Positions 49,792 to 60,637 of a stretch of 64,000 nt of DNA are shown in pieces. The position numbers and the translations under genes were made by a program. Position 1 is the stretch's first letter. Each line of letters starts with the position of its first letter. Under the pieces are notes generated by a model that searched no databases, was not told the origin of the DNA, and was given only the letters and a program-made list of their open reading frames with translations. This DNA is from an uncultured delta proteobacterium. Lineage in GTDB: Bacteria > Myxococcota > Myxococcia > Myxococcales > Myxococcaceae. The stretch covers positions 32,001 through 96,000 of the forward strand of contig CAVYSY010000045.1 in the NCBI GenBank assembly GCA_963771175.1, written 5' to 3'.

Positions 49792-52700
49792 GGGCTCTCC
49801 TCGTCGAGGGTGATGGCGTGCTCGCCGTTGGAGACCAGGATGCTGTGCGACGTCCGCGGGACGATCGTCTCCGCGTCCGAGGCCGTCGCTTCCGTGGAGG
49901 GGTCGACGAGGTGCTGCACGTGGAAGTCGGACACGTAGTCCACGTAGGAGCGCCGTTCCACGAAGTGCAGCAGCGTGGAGCGGTGGAGCGCCCCGCCGAA
50001 GACGATATCCCTGCTCGTGTCGAAGGCCCAGGGAGAGAGGAAGGCGTTGAGCTCCTGCTTCAGCCGGGACAGGCACAGCGCCGGGTCATTGCCGCGGGTG
50101 AACCGCACCCGGAAGGCGAGCCGGATGGGCTCGTACTGGGGGTTCCTCACCTGCAGTTGGACGAAGGGGCCCACCAGCGGCTGGAGGAACCGGGCCACCT
50201 CCGCGAGCGTGGCCTGGCTCGTGTAGGGCATGAAGGGGTTGTGCCCCTGGCGTCCCACGAGGTTGGGAATGGTGACCACCGTCACCGAGCCGGGGGCGAT
50301 CTCCCGATTCGAGCCCCCCTCCAGCCGCGAGTGGTTGAGGCACTTCACCTTGTAGAGGGAGGGGAAGGACTCCAGCACCAGCGCCTCGTAGTCACGGGGG
50401 GTGATGGCCCGGTTCTTGTGGCGCAGCCGCTCGCTGGTGCGCCGGGCGAAGGAGAGGGGGGCCTCGGGAGCGCGGCCACCGAAGGACGCGACGGGCTGCT
50501 CGAGCTTCTTGATGGCGGCCTGCCGCTGCTCCAGCTTGCGGATGGTACCAGCGGGGAGCACGGTGGTGAGGTGGGCGGAGTGGTGCTCGGGATGGAGCAG
50601 TGTGGCGGTGGCCGCCTGCGCGCGCAGGGCGATGAGGCGGCAGGCGGCGGCGCTCCGCGCGGGGGCGGAGGCTCGGAGCCAGAAGCGCCCGGCGGGCAGT
50701 CGGCCGCCAGCATCGGTGGCCGTGGACGGCAGCACGATGCGCACCAGCCCCGAGTGGACGAGTCCGTGCGTGCCATCCCCGAGTGCCTCGCCCCGGAGTG
50801 CGTGGAAGCGCTGGTCCGAGCCCAGGTAGCTCCAGCTCACCTCGGCGGCATCGAGCGTCGGATCTCCACTGCCTTCCTCCGCCTGGACGAGGAGGGTGAT
50901 CCGCTGCCGCGGCTGGGTGTTCTCCAGGCCGATGTAGAGCTCCCCTTCGTTCGGGTGGGACGGCAGCCAGGGGGTGTTCTCCCCGATGACCTCGCGCGTC
51001 TCCCCGAAGGGGTGGAGGTGGAAGAGGCGGTCCTCGGAGGAGGTCGTCGCCCCGGCCTGGAGCACGGCGCGGGCGCCGTAGGACAGAGTGAGGGCGGCGA
51101 GTGTCGGGGTGATGGGGGGATGGGGCAGGAGTGGCAGGTCCTTGGTGTCCTGCGCTCGGGCGATGGCCATGACGGCCGAGGCGTGCAGCCGGGGGAAGAC
51201 ACGGTGGCCGAAGCCCTGCTGGGGCGCGGTGAGGCGGACACGCACGGTGTCGATGGCACGCGTGGACAGCAGCGAAGCGGGCACATCGAAGGTTTTCGCG
51301 CTGAAGAGGGGGCCTCGGGTGATGCTCCCTGGCGTGGCACCGGGCACCGGACCGAGCCCCACTGCCAACTCGACCCGGAAGAGCTCCCGGGGATCCCGCG
51401 GGGCTGGCTTGGGCACCCTCCGCTTCTCCGCATCCTCCTTGGCGGTGAGTCCTCCTTGGCGGTGAGTTCCTCCTTGGCGGTGAGTTCCTCCTTGCGACCC
51501 TGGGCGGGAGGTTGCAGCACATACGCCTGGTAGATCTCCGCGAGGTCGAGGTCGGGAGACGGATCCAACCAGTCCAACTCGAGCTTGAGGGAGGTGAGCG
51601 CCTTGGCTTTCAGCTCGGCGCACCGCACGGAGAAGGCGGATCCGGGCAGGGGCTGGGGCCCGAAGGGGGTGAAGGGTTTGGTCGGATCGGCGCGGCCGGC
51701 ATCCGTCTCCACCTGGATCTGTCGCGCGCCCTGGACGTGCGCATCGAGCTGGATCTGGGAGAGGGTGAACGCGGAGAGCGCGCCGTAGGTCTGGCCGCTA
51801 GATGCATTCTGCACCAGGAAGACGCGGCACACCGGCCACTCCGTATCCAGGGCACCGCCGTGGAGGTCGCGCTGATAGCGGATGATGGGCGGGTCCTCGG
51901 GGGCGAGCCGCAGGCCCAGCCGCAGGATGTTGCCGTCCAGCTTCACCGTGCGGGCTTCCAGGCCGTGCCAGCCCTTGGTGATGGAGAGCTCGACGCGGAA
52001 GAGGCGGGTCAGGTTGAGCGACTGGAGCGCATCCAGGGTTCCCGAGGGGGCATTCAGGGTCAGCGCGAGGGTGATGTCGCGCGTGCCCTCGGCCAGCAGC
52101 AGGAGGGGGGAGGCGAGCGCGAAGCCGATGGCGGCGGCGGAGTGGGTGTCGGAGCCGAGGGCGGGCCACCCGGGCTGTTCCGGGGGCAGCGGCTCGCCGA
52201 GGCCGTCGGCGGAGTTCGCGACGGGGCTGGCCGTGAGCACGCCCCGTGCGGTCTTGTGCACGGCGAGCAGCGGGCCCACCCGGGTGTGGTCCAGGCGCAG
52301 GTCGTCATCCAGCGCGTACCGGAGGAACTGTCCCTGGGCATCCTTCCCGCCGAGCAGGACGGTGCCCGCGGGGAGCACATGGGACTCCAGGTGGCGGGCC
52401 AGCTCGAAGGTGAGGAAGACGTGGTCGGCCTCGGACTGGCGAGGCCGGAGCCGCAGCACCTCCTGGTAGTAGTACTCGAGGTGCCGGGCGGTGAGTCCGT
52501 TCAGGCTGTCGAGCGCGTAGCGGAAGAGGTGGAGGAACGTCAGCAGGAGGGCCATGGGCGGCTCGTGCCGGGGCCAGTCCGTGAGCGTCTTCTCCAGGTC
52601 CGCCGCCGCCACGTCCGCCATCCGCGCGAGCGTGCGCGGGAAGGACTCCATCAGCGGGCGCAGGTACTCCAGCGCTCGGGCCAGCTTCTCCACCTCGGGG

Positions 52701-53368
52701 GCGCTCGGGTCGCTGGCCCGGGCACCGAAGGCCTGGAGGTTCGCCCCCACACCCGCCACGAAGTCCGCCCACGAGGCGGTGCCGGGCGGCCACCAGTGGG
52801 GGCCGAGCCCCACCGCCAGCACCTGCTCGGCGCTCACCTGGGTGCCCGCGGGCGAGGCGGCGAGCAGCCCCAGCTCCCCGGCCGCTTTGTGGATGCCGAT
52901 GAGGAGCTGGAGATCCGCGCGGAGGCCCCCGCGCACCTGCTGCCAGAGCACGTCGGGGAAGGCGAGCTGCTCGGCTCCGAGGACGGCCCACCCGTCCAGC
53001 CGGAGCGCGAGGGCGAACAGCGCGTCGAGCAGCTCGCGGAAGGGCTTCCGACCCCCCGGGCGGAGGACGTCGTCGGCGAGTGCCAGCAGCTTCCGCCGCT
53101 CGCGCTCGGCGTCCTGGGCCGCAACCGCCGCGGCCGCGCTGCTCACGTCCCGCTCGACGAAGGGGGCCCAATCGCCCGCGGGCTGGTTGGTGAGATCGAA
53201 GTAGCGGAGCTGCCGGGCGTACTTCCGCAGGTACTCGAGGTAGGCGGCCGTATCCCGCCCGTCCACGGGAGCGGAAGCCGGGTCCAACGCCGGCAGGGCG
53301 CGGGAGGCCTGGCTCGTTCCGTCGCGCACCAACGGATTGGGGCTCTGGCAGGGACAGGTCCGGGTCAT
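49788..53368 (-). CDS. eCIS baseplate J/gp47-like protein (Afp11-like), one frameshift at about 51450
   Basis: RDGTSQ..R, P.MALLLTFL..F, HLEYYYQEVL; after the shift SERLRHKNRAIT..DYE.LVL..FP. Confidence 0.85.
51434..51493 (-). repeat. 18-bp tandem repeat (KEELTA) with one 17-bp unit
   Basis: cctccttggcggtgagt(t) x3 plus a partial unit. Confidence 0.9.
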
Positions 53369-53808
53369 CGCTCGAGGTTCGTGCCTTCGCGCACGTAGTA
53401 GGGGAAGACGTAGTTGTGGCGGCTGTTCGTCGTGCGGATGAGGTACTCCAGCAGGATGTCGATGCGGCCCTCCTGGGGGACCGGAGTGAGCCTCAGCGAC
53501 TCCAGGCGGATGCGCGGCTCGTGGTACAGGATGGCCGTGCGGACGAGATCCTTCACATAGGCCTCCGCCGAGGCGTCCGCCGGCTCGAAGAGCAGGTCGT
53601 TCAGGTCGCACCCGTACTCGGGTCGCATCAGCCGCTCGCCCAGCGCCGTGCTGAGGAGGATCTCCAGGCTGCCCTCGATGTCCTCCACGCCATGCACCAT
53701 GACGACCGTCCCCGCCTCGCGCATGAAGGTGGGGGGAAAGCTCCACCCGCGGCCGAGGAAGGAGTCGGGGCCGGGGACGGGTTGCCCTCTGCGGCGTCCG
53801 TCCTTCAT
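53365..53808 (-). CDS. GPW/gp25-family baseplate protein (Afp9-like)
   Basis: FLGRGWSFPP, ILLSTALGERLMRPEYGC, EPRI, NYVFPYY..EGT. Confidence 0.92.
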   Translation of the reverse strand: MKDGRRRGQPVPGPDSFLGRGWSFPPTFMREAGTVVMVHGVEDIEGSLEILLSTALGERLMRPEYGCDLNDLLFEPADASAEAYVKDLVRTAILYHEPRIRLESLRLTPVPQEGRIDILLEYLIRTTNSRHNYVFPYYVREGTNLER

Positions 53809-54083
53809 CCGAGTTGCACCGTGGGCGAGCCGACCGCCGCCATGGCCCCGCATGCGCAGGTGTCCGAGGTGCGCAGCGCGGGCATTCCGCCGATGAGGAC
53901 CGTCGAGCTCCCGCTGGGGAAGGGGCCCGCGGTGGGTTGGTGGGTGTTGGGAGGCAGGGAGCAGACGTGCGTGTCGCCCGCCACGGCCGCTGGCATGCCG
54001 GCGATGAGGACGGTGGAGACGCCGGGGCCCACGATGGTGCCGCCGTGATTGGTGGTGTCTCCGACCCGGGCTGCTGGGGGCAT
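53805..54083 (-). CDS. PAAR spike-tip protein
   Basis: PPAARVGD, MPAAVAGD, MPALRTSD repeats. Confidence 0.93.
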   Translation of the reverse strand: MPPAARVGDTTNHGGTIVGPGVSTVLIAGMPAAVAGDTHVCSLPPNTHQPTAGPFPSGSSTVLIGGMPALRTSDTCACGAMAAVGSPTVQLG

Positions 54084-54101
54084 TGCGTGTACTCCTCGTT
54101 C

Positions 54102-55823
54102 TCAGTTGATCTGCACCAGGGAGCCCTTGAGCACCGCGGTGGCGCTGGACGACACCTCGGCGCCGCCCGAGCCCTCCGCCTTGAGCTGCGCGCTGGCCTT
54201 CACGTTCACGTTGACGCCCTCGATGCTCACGTCGCCCTGGGCCTTGAGTGTCAGGGTCCCGGCGCTCTCCACGGTGATGCCGTCACTGGAGAGTTGGATC
54301 TTGTTTCCATTCTGGTCCTCGATGAGGACGCCCTGCTCGTCGTCGCTGAGCACCAGGGTGTTGCCGCCCGGCGTGGCGAGCGTCATCACCTTCTTCTCGT
54401 CGTCGAAGAGCAGCTTCAGCTCCGAGCGGGTGACGATGCCCTTCTGATGGTTGTCATCGCTGGCGGGGAGCGGCGAGGGTTTGGCGCTGCTGTGGAGCAT
54501 GCCGAGCACCACCGCGTCCCGGGGATCCTGCTGGATGAAGCCCAGCACCACTTCGTCGCCGACCTCCGGGCGGAAGACGCTGCCCCGGTTCTCGCCCGCG
54601 TCCAGCAGGGCCAGGCGCGCCCAGACGCCCGGTGAATCGGCCGAGACGATGGGGAGTTGCACCTGGATGCGCTCCTCGCCGTCGGGATCGTCCTGGAGCG
54701 CCGTCACCACACCCACCTGCAGGCCATGGAAGGGGGGCACCAGGCCCGCGGCGGGCGGGGCCTCCGCTGGCGTCGAGTCCCGGAAGCCCTCGGGCGGCAG
54801 GCCGAACTGCAGCTCCGTGTCCCAGTTCTCGGCGGAGAGCTGGTGGCGCACGCCCGTCACGTAGGCCTTCCCCGAGAACCGCTCGCCCACGCCGAGCAGC
54901 TCGACGAGCACCCCGGGCTTGAGGCTCGCATTGCCCTGGCAGGCCGCGCGGCCTCGCACCAGGGCCATGCGGCTGCGCAGCAGGCGGCCCGCGGCCCAGG
55001 CCTTGAGCTCCTCCTCCGAGAGCCTGCCTCCGTGGCGGAGCGCCACTGGCCCGTGGCCGATGACCCCGGCCAGCTCGGAGGCGCTCTGGTTGCCCGGGAA
55101 CGTGAAGGACGGCTCCTCGCCCTCGGCCGTCAGCAGCGCCTGGTTCTTCGGATCCCACGCCTCGCCCGTGGTGCCCTCGAGCTGGTGGCGGGCATCCGTC
55201 TCCGCCTCGATCTCGAAGAGCTCCTGCCCGAAGGTGAGCTGCACCACCGCCTTGCCGGAGGCCTTCGGCTTCTCCACGGCGACGGTGCCGTCCTCCACGC
55301 GCACGACGAGCCCGTTGGCCTCGGCGCGCTCCAGGAGGAAGTCCCAGTCGCTCACGTCCACCTGGACCATCTGCACGTGGGTGACGGAGGTGCTCGCCAC
55401 CTGGGCCCGCACGTCGTTGCGGCCGAGCAGCTCGGAGAGGATGTCGCTGTCGGTCATGTCGTTGTAGATGGCGCTCCGGCGTCCGATGGTGGCCTTCACG
55501 GCCTTGTCCCGACACTCCACCGTGAGTGTGCAGCGACCGCCGCGCCGGGCGCGGATGGCGTGGCGGAGCACCAGCCCCTTGAACAGCACCTTCTCGTCGT
55601 CATGGTATCCGGCGCGGATCTCCAGCACGCGCCCGGGGGCGAAGAGCGGCTGCCCACTGAGCGGGAAGTCCGAGGTGGAGGGATCTCCATCCTGCAGCAC
55701 CACCTGGGCGGTGGGGACGCGGTTGAGCGCGCGCGTCACCACGACCGACAGGACGTGGTGCTCCTGGGTGACCTCCTGGTCATCCGAGAAGAGCCGCAGG
55801 CGGATGAGATCGGGCGAGGGCAT
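54102..55823 (-). CDS. vgrG: VgrG-like spike protein (Afp8-like)
   Basis: SDWDFLLERAEANG, VWARL, FRPEVGDEVVLGF...DPR, C-terminal beta-repeats ending KGSLVQIN. Confidence 0.92.
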   Translation of the reverse strand: MPSPDLIRLRLFSDDQEVTQEHHVLSVVVTRALNRVPTAQVVLQDGDPSTSDFPLSGQPLFAPGRVLEIRAGYHDDEKVLFKGLVLRHAIRARRGGRCTLTVECRDKAVKATIGRRSAIYNDMTDSDILSELLGRNDVRAQVASTSVTHVQMVQVDVSDWDFLLERAEANGLVVRVEDGTVAVEKPKASGKAVVQLTFGQELFEIEAETDARHQLEGTTGEAWDPKNQALLTAEGEEPSFTFPGNQSASELAGVIGHGPVALRHGGRLSEEELKAWAAGRLLRSRMALVRGRAACQGNASLKPGVLVELLGVGERFSGKAYVTGVRHQLSAENWDTELQFGLPPEGFRDSTPAEAPPAAGLVPPFHGLQVGVVTALQDDPDGEERIQVQLPIVSADSPGVWARLALLDAGENRGSVFRPEVGDEVVLGFIQQDPRDAVVLGMLHSSAKPSPLPASDDNHQKGIVTRSELKLLFDDEKKVMTLATPGGNTLVLSDDEQGVLIEDQNGNKIQLSSDGITVESAGTLTLKAQGDVSIEGVNVNVKASAQLKAEGSGGAEVSSSATAVLKGSLVQIN

Positions 55824-55832
55824 GGGGCGGGC

Positions 55833-56507
55833 TCAGGAGGACTTCGTGACGAGCGGCGGCATGCGGAGCACCTGGCCGGGACGCAGGTCCCTCAGGTGTC
55901 GCAGGCCGTTGAAGCGCGCCACGTCCACGGTGAACGCGGTGCTGCCGTAGATGCGCTGGACCATGAGGGGGAGGGTGTCTCCCTGGTGGAACACCCGCTC
56001 GTGAGTCATGTCGGGGGACGAGCGCCCCTCCTCGGCCGCGCGCAGGGTGTCCTCGATGGCCTCGGAGAAGATGGCCGTCACCTTGGCCCGCAGCGGGAAG
56101 CCGTCCGGCTTGAACAGGCTGTACTGGATGTCCGCCGACTTGAGGACGCACCGCACGACGAGTGGCCCCCAGCTCAGCTTGAGGTACAGCGGGCGGTGGA
56201 TGTCCCCGTTGAGCTTGCCGGTGAGGGCGAGGAACACCCGGATGTCCTCGGCCACCTCGCGCCGCTTGGAGGCCACGCCCGTCCCATCGAACACCAGCTC
56301 GAAGGTGTACTCCTGCGGCTTGATGCGGCCGAAGCGCTGCGAGGTACCGCTGGTGCCCTGGCCCTGGCCCTGGCCGTACTCGATCTCGTACTTGGACGAG
56401 TAGGTGGCTGGATTGAAGAGCACGAAGAACTCGTCCTGCTTGTCGCTGGCCTCGCACGTGATGGCCTTGTACGCCTCGATCTTCAGCTTCTTCAGTTCGC
56501 CGCTCAC
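55833..56507 (-). CDS. CIS tube-initiator protein with LysM-like domain (Afp7-like)
   Basis: LFNPATY, LSWG, YSLFKPDG.PLRAKV, GDTL.....IYG.....VARFN. Confidence 0.88.
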   Translation of the reverse strand: MSGELKKLKIEAYKAITCEASDKQDEFFVLFNPATYSSKYEIEYGQGQGQGTSGTSQRFGRIKPQEYTFELVFDGTGVASKRREVAEDIRVFLALTGKLNGDIHRPLYLKLSWGPLVVRCVLKSADIQYSLFKPDGFPLRAKVTAIFSEAIEDTLRAAEEGRSSPDMTHERVFHQGDTLPLMVQRIYGSTAFTVDVARFNGLRHLRDLRPGQVLRMPPLVTKSS

Positions 56508-56526
56508 GTCTCGCTCCTCGCGACTC

Positions 56527-56691
56527 TCACCGCTCGCGCCGCTCCCGCAGGATGCGCATCACCTCTTCCACGCACTCGGCGACGAGCTCGTTGCGCTCGT
56601 CCTCGTGCCGCTGCGGGGCCGGGCGCTGGGGGTCCGGCTCTTGCGGACGGACCGTCATCTTGATGACCAGCTCGCGGATCTCGACCGGCAT
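56527..56691 (-). CDS. DUF5908-like small protein (Afp6/plug position)
   Basis: MPVEIRELVIK...VAECVEEVMRILRERRER. Confidence 0.8.
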   Translation of the reverse strand: MPVEIRELVIKMTVRPQEPDPQRPAPQRHEDERNELVAECVEEVMRILRERRER

Positions 56692-56699
56692 GCTCACTC

Positions 56700-57131
56700 C
56701 TAGATGCGGGTGAAGTGGCTGTAGGCCAGCTCCAACGTCTCCACCACGATGGCGTTCTCCTGGGCCTTGAAGTCCGACAGCGCCCACTTCACCGGCCACG
56801 CCCGCTCGAAGCGCCAGGCCACGAGCGGCGCGTGCTCCTCATTGAGCAGCGTCACGTTCACCGTCACCGGTTGGAACTGGAAGTGGAGGATGGCGTCCTC
56901 ACACCATTCCACGAGCTTGGAGTCCGTCACCAGCCCGCGCCGGAGGACGAGGTTGCCGTACTTCGCCCGGCCGGGGAGCCGGTGGGTGAAGCGGTTCTCA
57001 CCGCCTTCCTCCAGCTCCTCGACTCCCAGCTCCGCGGCCAGTCCGGCCACCTCCTGGAAACGGGAGTCGATCTCCTCCGTCCCCAGGTCGAGGAAGTCCA
57101 CCCGGAAGTGGAATCCAACCGGTGGGTACAT
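56700..57131 (-). CDS. Tail tube protein, gp19-like (Afp5-like)
   Basis: YPPVGFHF, FQEVAGL, EGGENRF.H.LP, AWPVKW. Confidence 0.92.
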   Translation of the reverse strand: MYPPVGFHFRVDFLDLGTEEIDSRFQEVAGLAAELGVEELEEGGENRFTHRLPGRAKYGNLVLRRGLVTDSKLVEWCEDAILHFQFQPVTVNVTLLNEEHAPLVAWRFERAWPVKWALSDFKAQENAIVVETLELAYSHFTRI

Positions 57132-57135
57132 GCGC

Positions 57136-57567
57136 CTATCCGTTCCGGATGGTCAACCCTTCGTGGGCGACCTCGATGGACTCGATGGCGATCTCGTTGC
57201 CGGTGGCCTTGAGCGCGGGGCCCTCGATCTTCACCGGGAAGGCGTTCTTCGCCGTCCACGTCATCACCGGCGCATGCTCCTCGTTGAGCAGGGAGATGAT
57301 GAGATCTCTGCGCTCCACCTTGTTCATCTTGGTGGTGTTGAGCCACTCGAAGAACTCGTTGTCGCCCTTCACGACGCCGCGCTTGAGGGTGATGTTGTTG
57401 TACTTGGGGATGCCGGGCTGCTTGAGCGGCGAGTACTCCTGCATCATGCCGTCCCGGTACTCGATGACCTGGTGCTCGATGTTGAGGCCGGAGACCTCCG
57501 AGAAGCCCAGGTTGGTCCCACCCCACGTCACCTGGAAGTGGAAGACCGGAAGAGGATAATTCGCCAT
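57136..57567 (-). CDS. Tail tube protein, gp19-like (Afp1-like)
   Basis: YPLPVFHF, FSEVSGL, IEYRDG, ITLKRG, NEIAIESIE.AHEG. Confidence 0.93.
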   Translation of the reverse strand: MANYPLPVFHFQVTWGGTNLGFSEVSGLNIEHQVIEYRDGMMQEYSPLKQPGIPKYNNITLKRGVVKGDNEFFEWLNTTKMNKVERRDLIISLLNEEHAPVMTWTAKNAFPVKIEGPALKATGNEIAIESIEVAHEGLTIRNG

Positions 57568-57608
57568 CGCGAGACTCCTTGATCAGTCGGATTGGTGGAG
57601 CCGCCTGG

Positions 57609-59546
57609 CTAGGCGGTCTGCATCTTGTGGGAGAACTTGAGGACGATGAACTCGGCGGGCCGCACCACGGCCATGCCGATCTCCACGTTCATCCGGCCCT
57701 CGAGCACGTCCTGCGGCGTCATGGTCACCCCGAGACCGATCTTCACGAAGAAGGCCTCGTCGGGCTTGGCACCCGTCAGTGCGCCGTCGCGCCACTTCTG
57801 GGTGAGGTAGTTCTCGATCATCGACTGGACCTTGATCCAGGTGTTGGCGTCGTTCGGCTCGAAGACGGCCCAGTAGGTGGACTTTTTGATCGACTCCTCG
57901 GCCATGTTGTAGAAGCGCCGGACGGAGATGTAGCGCCACTCGTTGTCGTTGCCGGAGAGCGTGCGGGCGCCCCACACGAGCGTGCCCTTGCCGGCGAACG
58001 CGCGGATGGCGTTGATGGACTTGCCGGCGTCCACGTCGACGTTGAAGTTCTCCTGGTCCCTGGAGTCGAGCTTCACCACCGGCTCCACCACCGAGGAGAG
58101 GCTGGTGTTGGCCGGCGCCTTCCACACGCCGCGGCTGTTGTCGACGTAGGCGTAGATGCCCGCCACCGCGCCGCTGGGAGGCAGCACCGCCGCCTCGCGC
58201 CCGAGCGCCTCGAAGGCGCGCTGGAGGATCGGGTTGGTGGAGCGGAGGATCTCCTCCTGGCTCTCCACGGTGCGAGCCGCGGAGTCCTCGAGGGTGGTGA
58301 GGAGGCCATACATCTCCTCGAAGAGGGCACGGAAGGCGGCGCGGCCGTTCTGCACGGCCTCCTCCTCGTCGGCGGGAGTGGTGGCGCCGTAGATCTTCCG
58401 ATCGTCCGCGGTGACCGCCGCGGCGTTGGGCAGGGTGTAGCCCGTGAAGTCGGCATCGACGATGACGCCGAGTGGCGTCGCCGGGCCGGCGGCGTCGTAG
58501 TCGAACGCGAGATCGTACCGCTTCAGCTTACGCACCAGCTCCTCGAGCCGCGCGTTGGGGGTCACCAGGGTGGTGGTCGCCGTCTTGAGCTGGTCGTTCT
58601 GGAGGCCGGTGGCGTAGGTGCGCAGCCGCTTGGCGAGCTCCTTCATCACGGTGGCGTAGTGGACGAGCTCTGCCTTCGTGTCCCGATCGACCGCAGCCAC
58701 CGTCTGGAAGTACTTCGGATAGGTGGTGTCCGAGCCCTCGGCGTCGTCGAGCGCCGCCTGGAGGGTGGTGGCGTCCGCGAGCGCCCTGTCGAGCTGTTCC
58801 ACGGACCTCCGCGCGGTGCCCGTCGAGCCGCTGAGGTTCGCCAGGGAGACGGTGCTGCCGCCCTTCGTGAAGGTGATGTCCTTGTAGCGGATGGAGAAGG
58901 GCAGGGTGGTGCGGACGTAGGGGAAGTACGCCGCGCCGTACTTGAGCGCCTTCATGCCGATGCCGTTGCGGAACGTCCCGGCCATCTCCTCCGGCGTCTT
59001 CGCGGCGTTGTACTTCACGTCGAGGATGGCGAACCGGTCCTGCAGCTCCTCGCACTGGGCCAGCATCTTCTGCTGGACCTCGGCGAGGTCGTTGTCTCCC
59101 AGCAGCGCCGCATCGGGGATGACGATGAGCGTCGGCTCGTCCTCCTTGCGGAGCGCCTCGAGGCCCGCGAGCAGCTCCGCCTTGCCGATGGTGCCGTTGC
59201 CATAGGCACCGACGGAGATGATGTAGCAGGGGCCGCCGCCGTTATCGAAGAAGAGGCGGAGGCTGTCGTAGAGGTAGTAGCGGGGGTTGATGGCCGTCCC
59301 CCGGACCCCGTTGTCATCGTCGAGCGTGACGGTGACCGACTGCGGCGAGGCCGAGCCGCCGAAGTACTGCTGGTACTCGAGCAGGTTTTTGATGCGGAAG
59401 GGCTGCTTGAGGAGGCTCGTCCCGTTGCGGTCGGCCTTCTCGGTGTAGCCAATGAATGCCGGGATGGCGGTGGCCACCTCGGCAACGGAAGGAGGCAACA
59501 GCGAGACCTCCTTGATGTAGACGTCCGGGGTCTTGTAGGTGCTCAA
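57609..59546 (-). CDS. Contractile tail sheath protein
   Basis: YKTPDVYIKE, TAIPAFIGYT, RGVWKAPAN, VWGARTL, VFEPNDANTW, RPAEFI. Confidence 0.95.
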   Translation of the reverse strand: MSTYKTPDVYIKEVSLLPPSVAEVATAIPAFIGYTEKADRNGTSLLKQPFRIKNLLEYQQYFGGSASPQSVTVTLDDDNGVRGTAINPRYYLYDSLRLFFDNGGGPCYIISVGAYGNGTIGKAELLAGLEALRKEDEPTLIVIPDAALLGDNDLAEVQQKMLAQCEELQDRFAILDVKYNAAKTPEEMAGTFRNGIGMKALKYGAAYFPYVRTTLPFSIRYKDITFTKGGSTVSLANLSGSTGTARRSVEQLDRALADATTLQAALDDAEGSDTTYPKYFQTVAAVDRDTKAELVHYATVMKELAKRLRTYATGLQNDQLKTATTTLVTPNARLEELVRKLKRYDLAFDYDAAGPATPLGVIVDADFTGYTLPNAAAVTADDRKIYGATTPADEEEAVQNGRAAFRALFEEMYGLLTTLEDSAARTVESQEEILRSTNPILQRAFEALGREAAVLPPSGAVAGIYAYVDNSRGVWKAPANTSLSSVVEPVVKLDSRDQENFNVDVDAGKSINAIRAFAGKGTLVWGARTLSGNDNEWRYISVRRFYNMAEESIKKSTYWAVFEPNDANTWIKVQSMIENYLTQKWRDGALTGAKPDEAFFVKIGLGVTMTPQDVLEGRMNVEIGMAVVRPAEFIVLKFSHKMQTA

Positions 59547-59562
59547 GGCATCTCCTTTGGGC

Positions 59563-60636
59563 TCACAGCTGGACGTAGATGTCGGACACGAGCTGCTCGG
59601 ATGGGGGATCGGCGCGCTTCAGGGTGTTGCGTGGGGCATTGGGAAGGTGGGGCAGCAGCACTCCCCGACGGTTCTCGAGGCCCGTGCCGCGCAGCGAGGA
59701 CTCGTGGAAGGGCAGCACGGTGCTGGACTCGAAGCTCACCACGCTCTTTCCCGGGAAGAGCTCGGCGACCCCGGGGAACGAGGCGCGCGGGAAGGTGACG
59801 CCGCGCGGGTAGGGGGCCGGGGCGTCCGCCGGGTAGCGGATGGCGAGGGTCGCGAGGTCGGCGTAGTTGCTCGGCACCACGACGTGGTAGCGCCAGCGCG
59901 TGGAGCGGCGGCGGAAGCTGGCGGTGAGCTCGACCGGGGCAATGGCCTGCTTGCCATTCACCAGCCGCCGCGGTGGCCAGCTTCCCCCGAGGGGCCGCAG
60001 CTCGAGGAGGGCGAAGGGGCCCAGCGCGGGAAGCTCCGCGTCGACGAAGAGCGACTCCGGAGGCGCGGCACCCACCTTCAGCCGGGCCAGGCCCCGGAAA
60101 TCACCGAGGGCGAGCGGGAGGTCGAGCGTGTCACCCTCGAAGGAGGGCACCGGCGCGCGGGCAAGCTCGGTGCCGGCCTCGCTCTCCACCACCACCGCGG
60201 AGCCCATGGCCGCTCGCGGCACCGTCACCGTGAGCTGAGGAGGGCACAGGCGGGCCTGGTCCGCCGAGCCGACAGTGGCTCCCGCGGTGAGCGCCGTCGA
60301 GCCATCACGGTTGCGCAGCAGGTAACGCTGGCGCGAGCCTCCCTCCAGCGGCAGGTCCGTGAAGTAGAGGAAGTCTGGCTGGGCGAGCGTCAGGGCGAAG
60401 ACGAGCCTGCCCCCCACGTCGAGGGGGAATCGGGCCTGGACGTTGCCCGCGCCGTCGGCCTCCACCGGACCGATCAGGGTGAAGCCATCCGCGCGAGGCA
60501 GGAGCCGCAACTGGCGCGCGGCGAGCAGGGCCAGCGTGGAGGCCGTGGGCATCACCCGCAGGTCCGGGCAGACGCCGCTCCGGTAGTAGTCGTGCTGGAA
60601 GCGGACCTCCAGGAATCGCTCGAAGCCCCGGTTCAT
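59563..60636 (-). CDS. eCIS conserved protein (cap-adaptor position)
   Basis: Lies between the DUF4255 gene and the sheath gene. Motifs F.HDYY, FLYFTDLP, RSTRWRY, HLPNA. Confidence 0.65.
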   Translation of the reverse strand: MNRGFERFLEVRFQHDYYRSGVCPDLRVMPTASTLALLAARQLRLLPRADGFTLIGPVEADGAGNVQARFPLDVGGRLVFALTLAQPDFLYFTDLPLEGGSRQRYLLRNRDGSTALTAGATVGSADQARLCPPQLTVTVPRAAMGSAVVVESEAGTELARAPVPSFEGDTLDLPLALGDFRGLARLKVGAAPPESLFVDAELPALGPFALLELRPLGGSWPPRRLVNGKQAIAPVELTASFRRRSTRWRYHVVVPSNYADLATLAIRYPADAPAPYPRGVTFPRASFPGVAELFPGKSVVSFESSTVLPFHESSLRGTGLENRRGVLLPHLPNAPRNTLKRADPPSEQLVSDIYVQL

Positions 60637-60637
60637 G

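Noticed and set aside
49792..50076. N-terminal extensions of track ORFs (also 53369-53746, 60637-60933, 33234-33473, 62071-62388)
   Set aside because: They overlap neighbouring real genes; downstream starts have better RBS or stop-start coupling.
51434..51493. CRISPR-like repeat
   Set aside because: Contiguous units without spacers, inside a CDS, and no cas genes.
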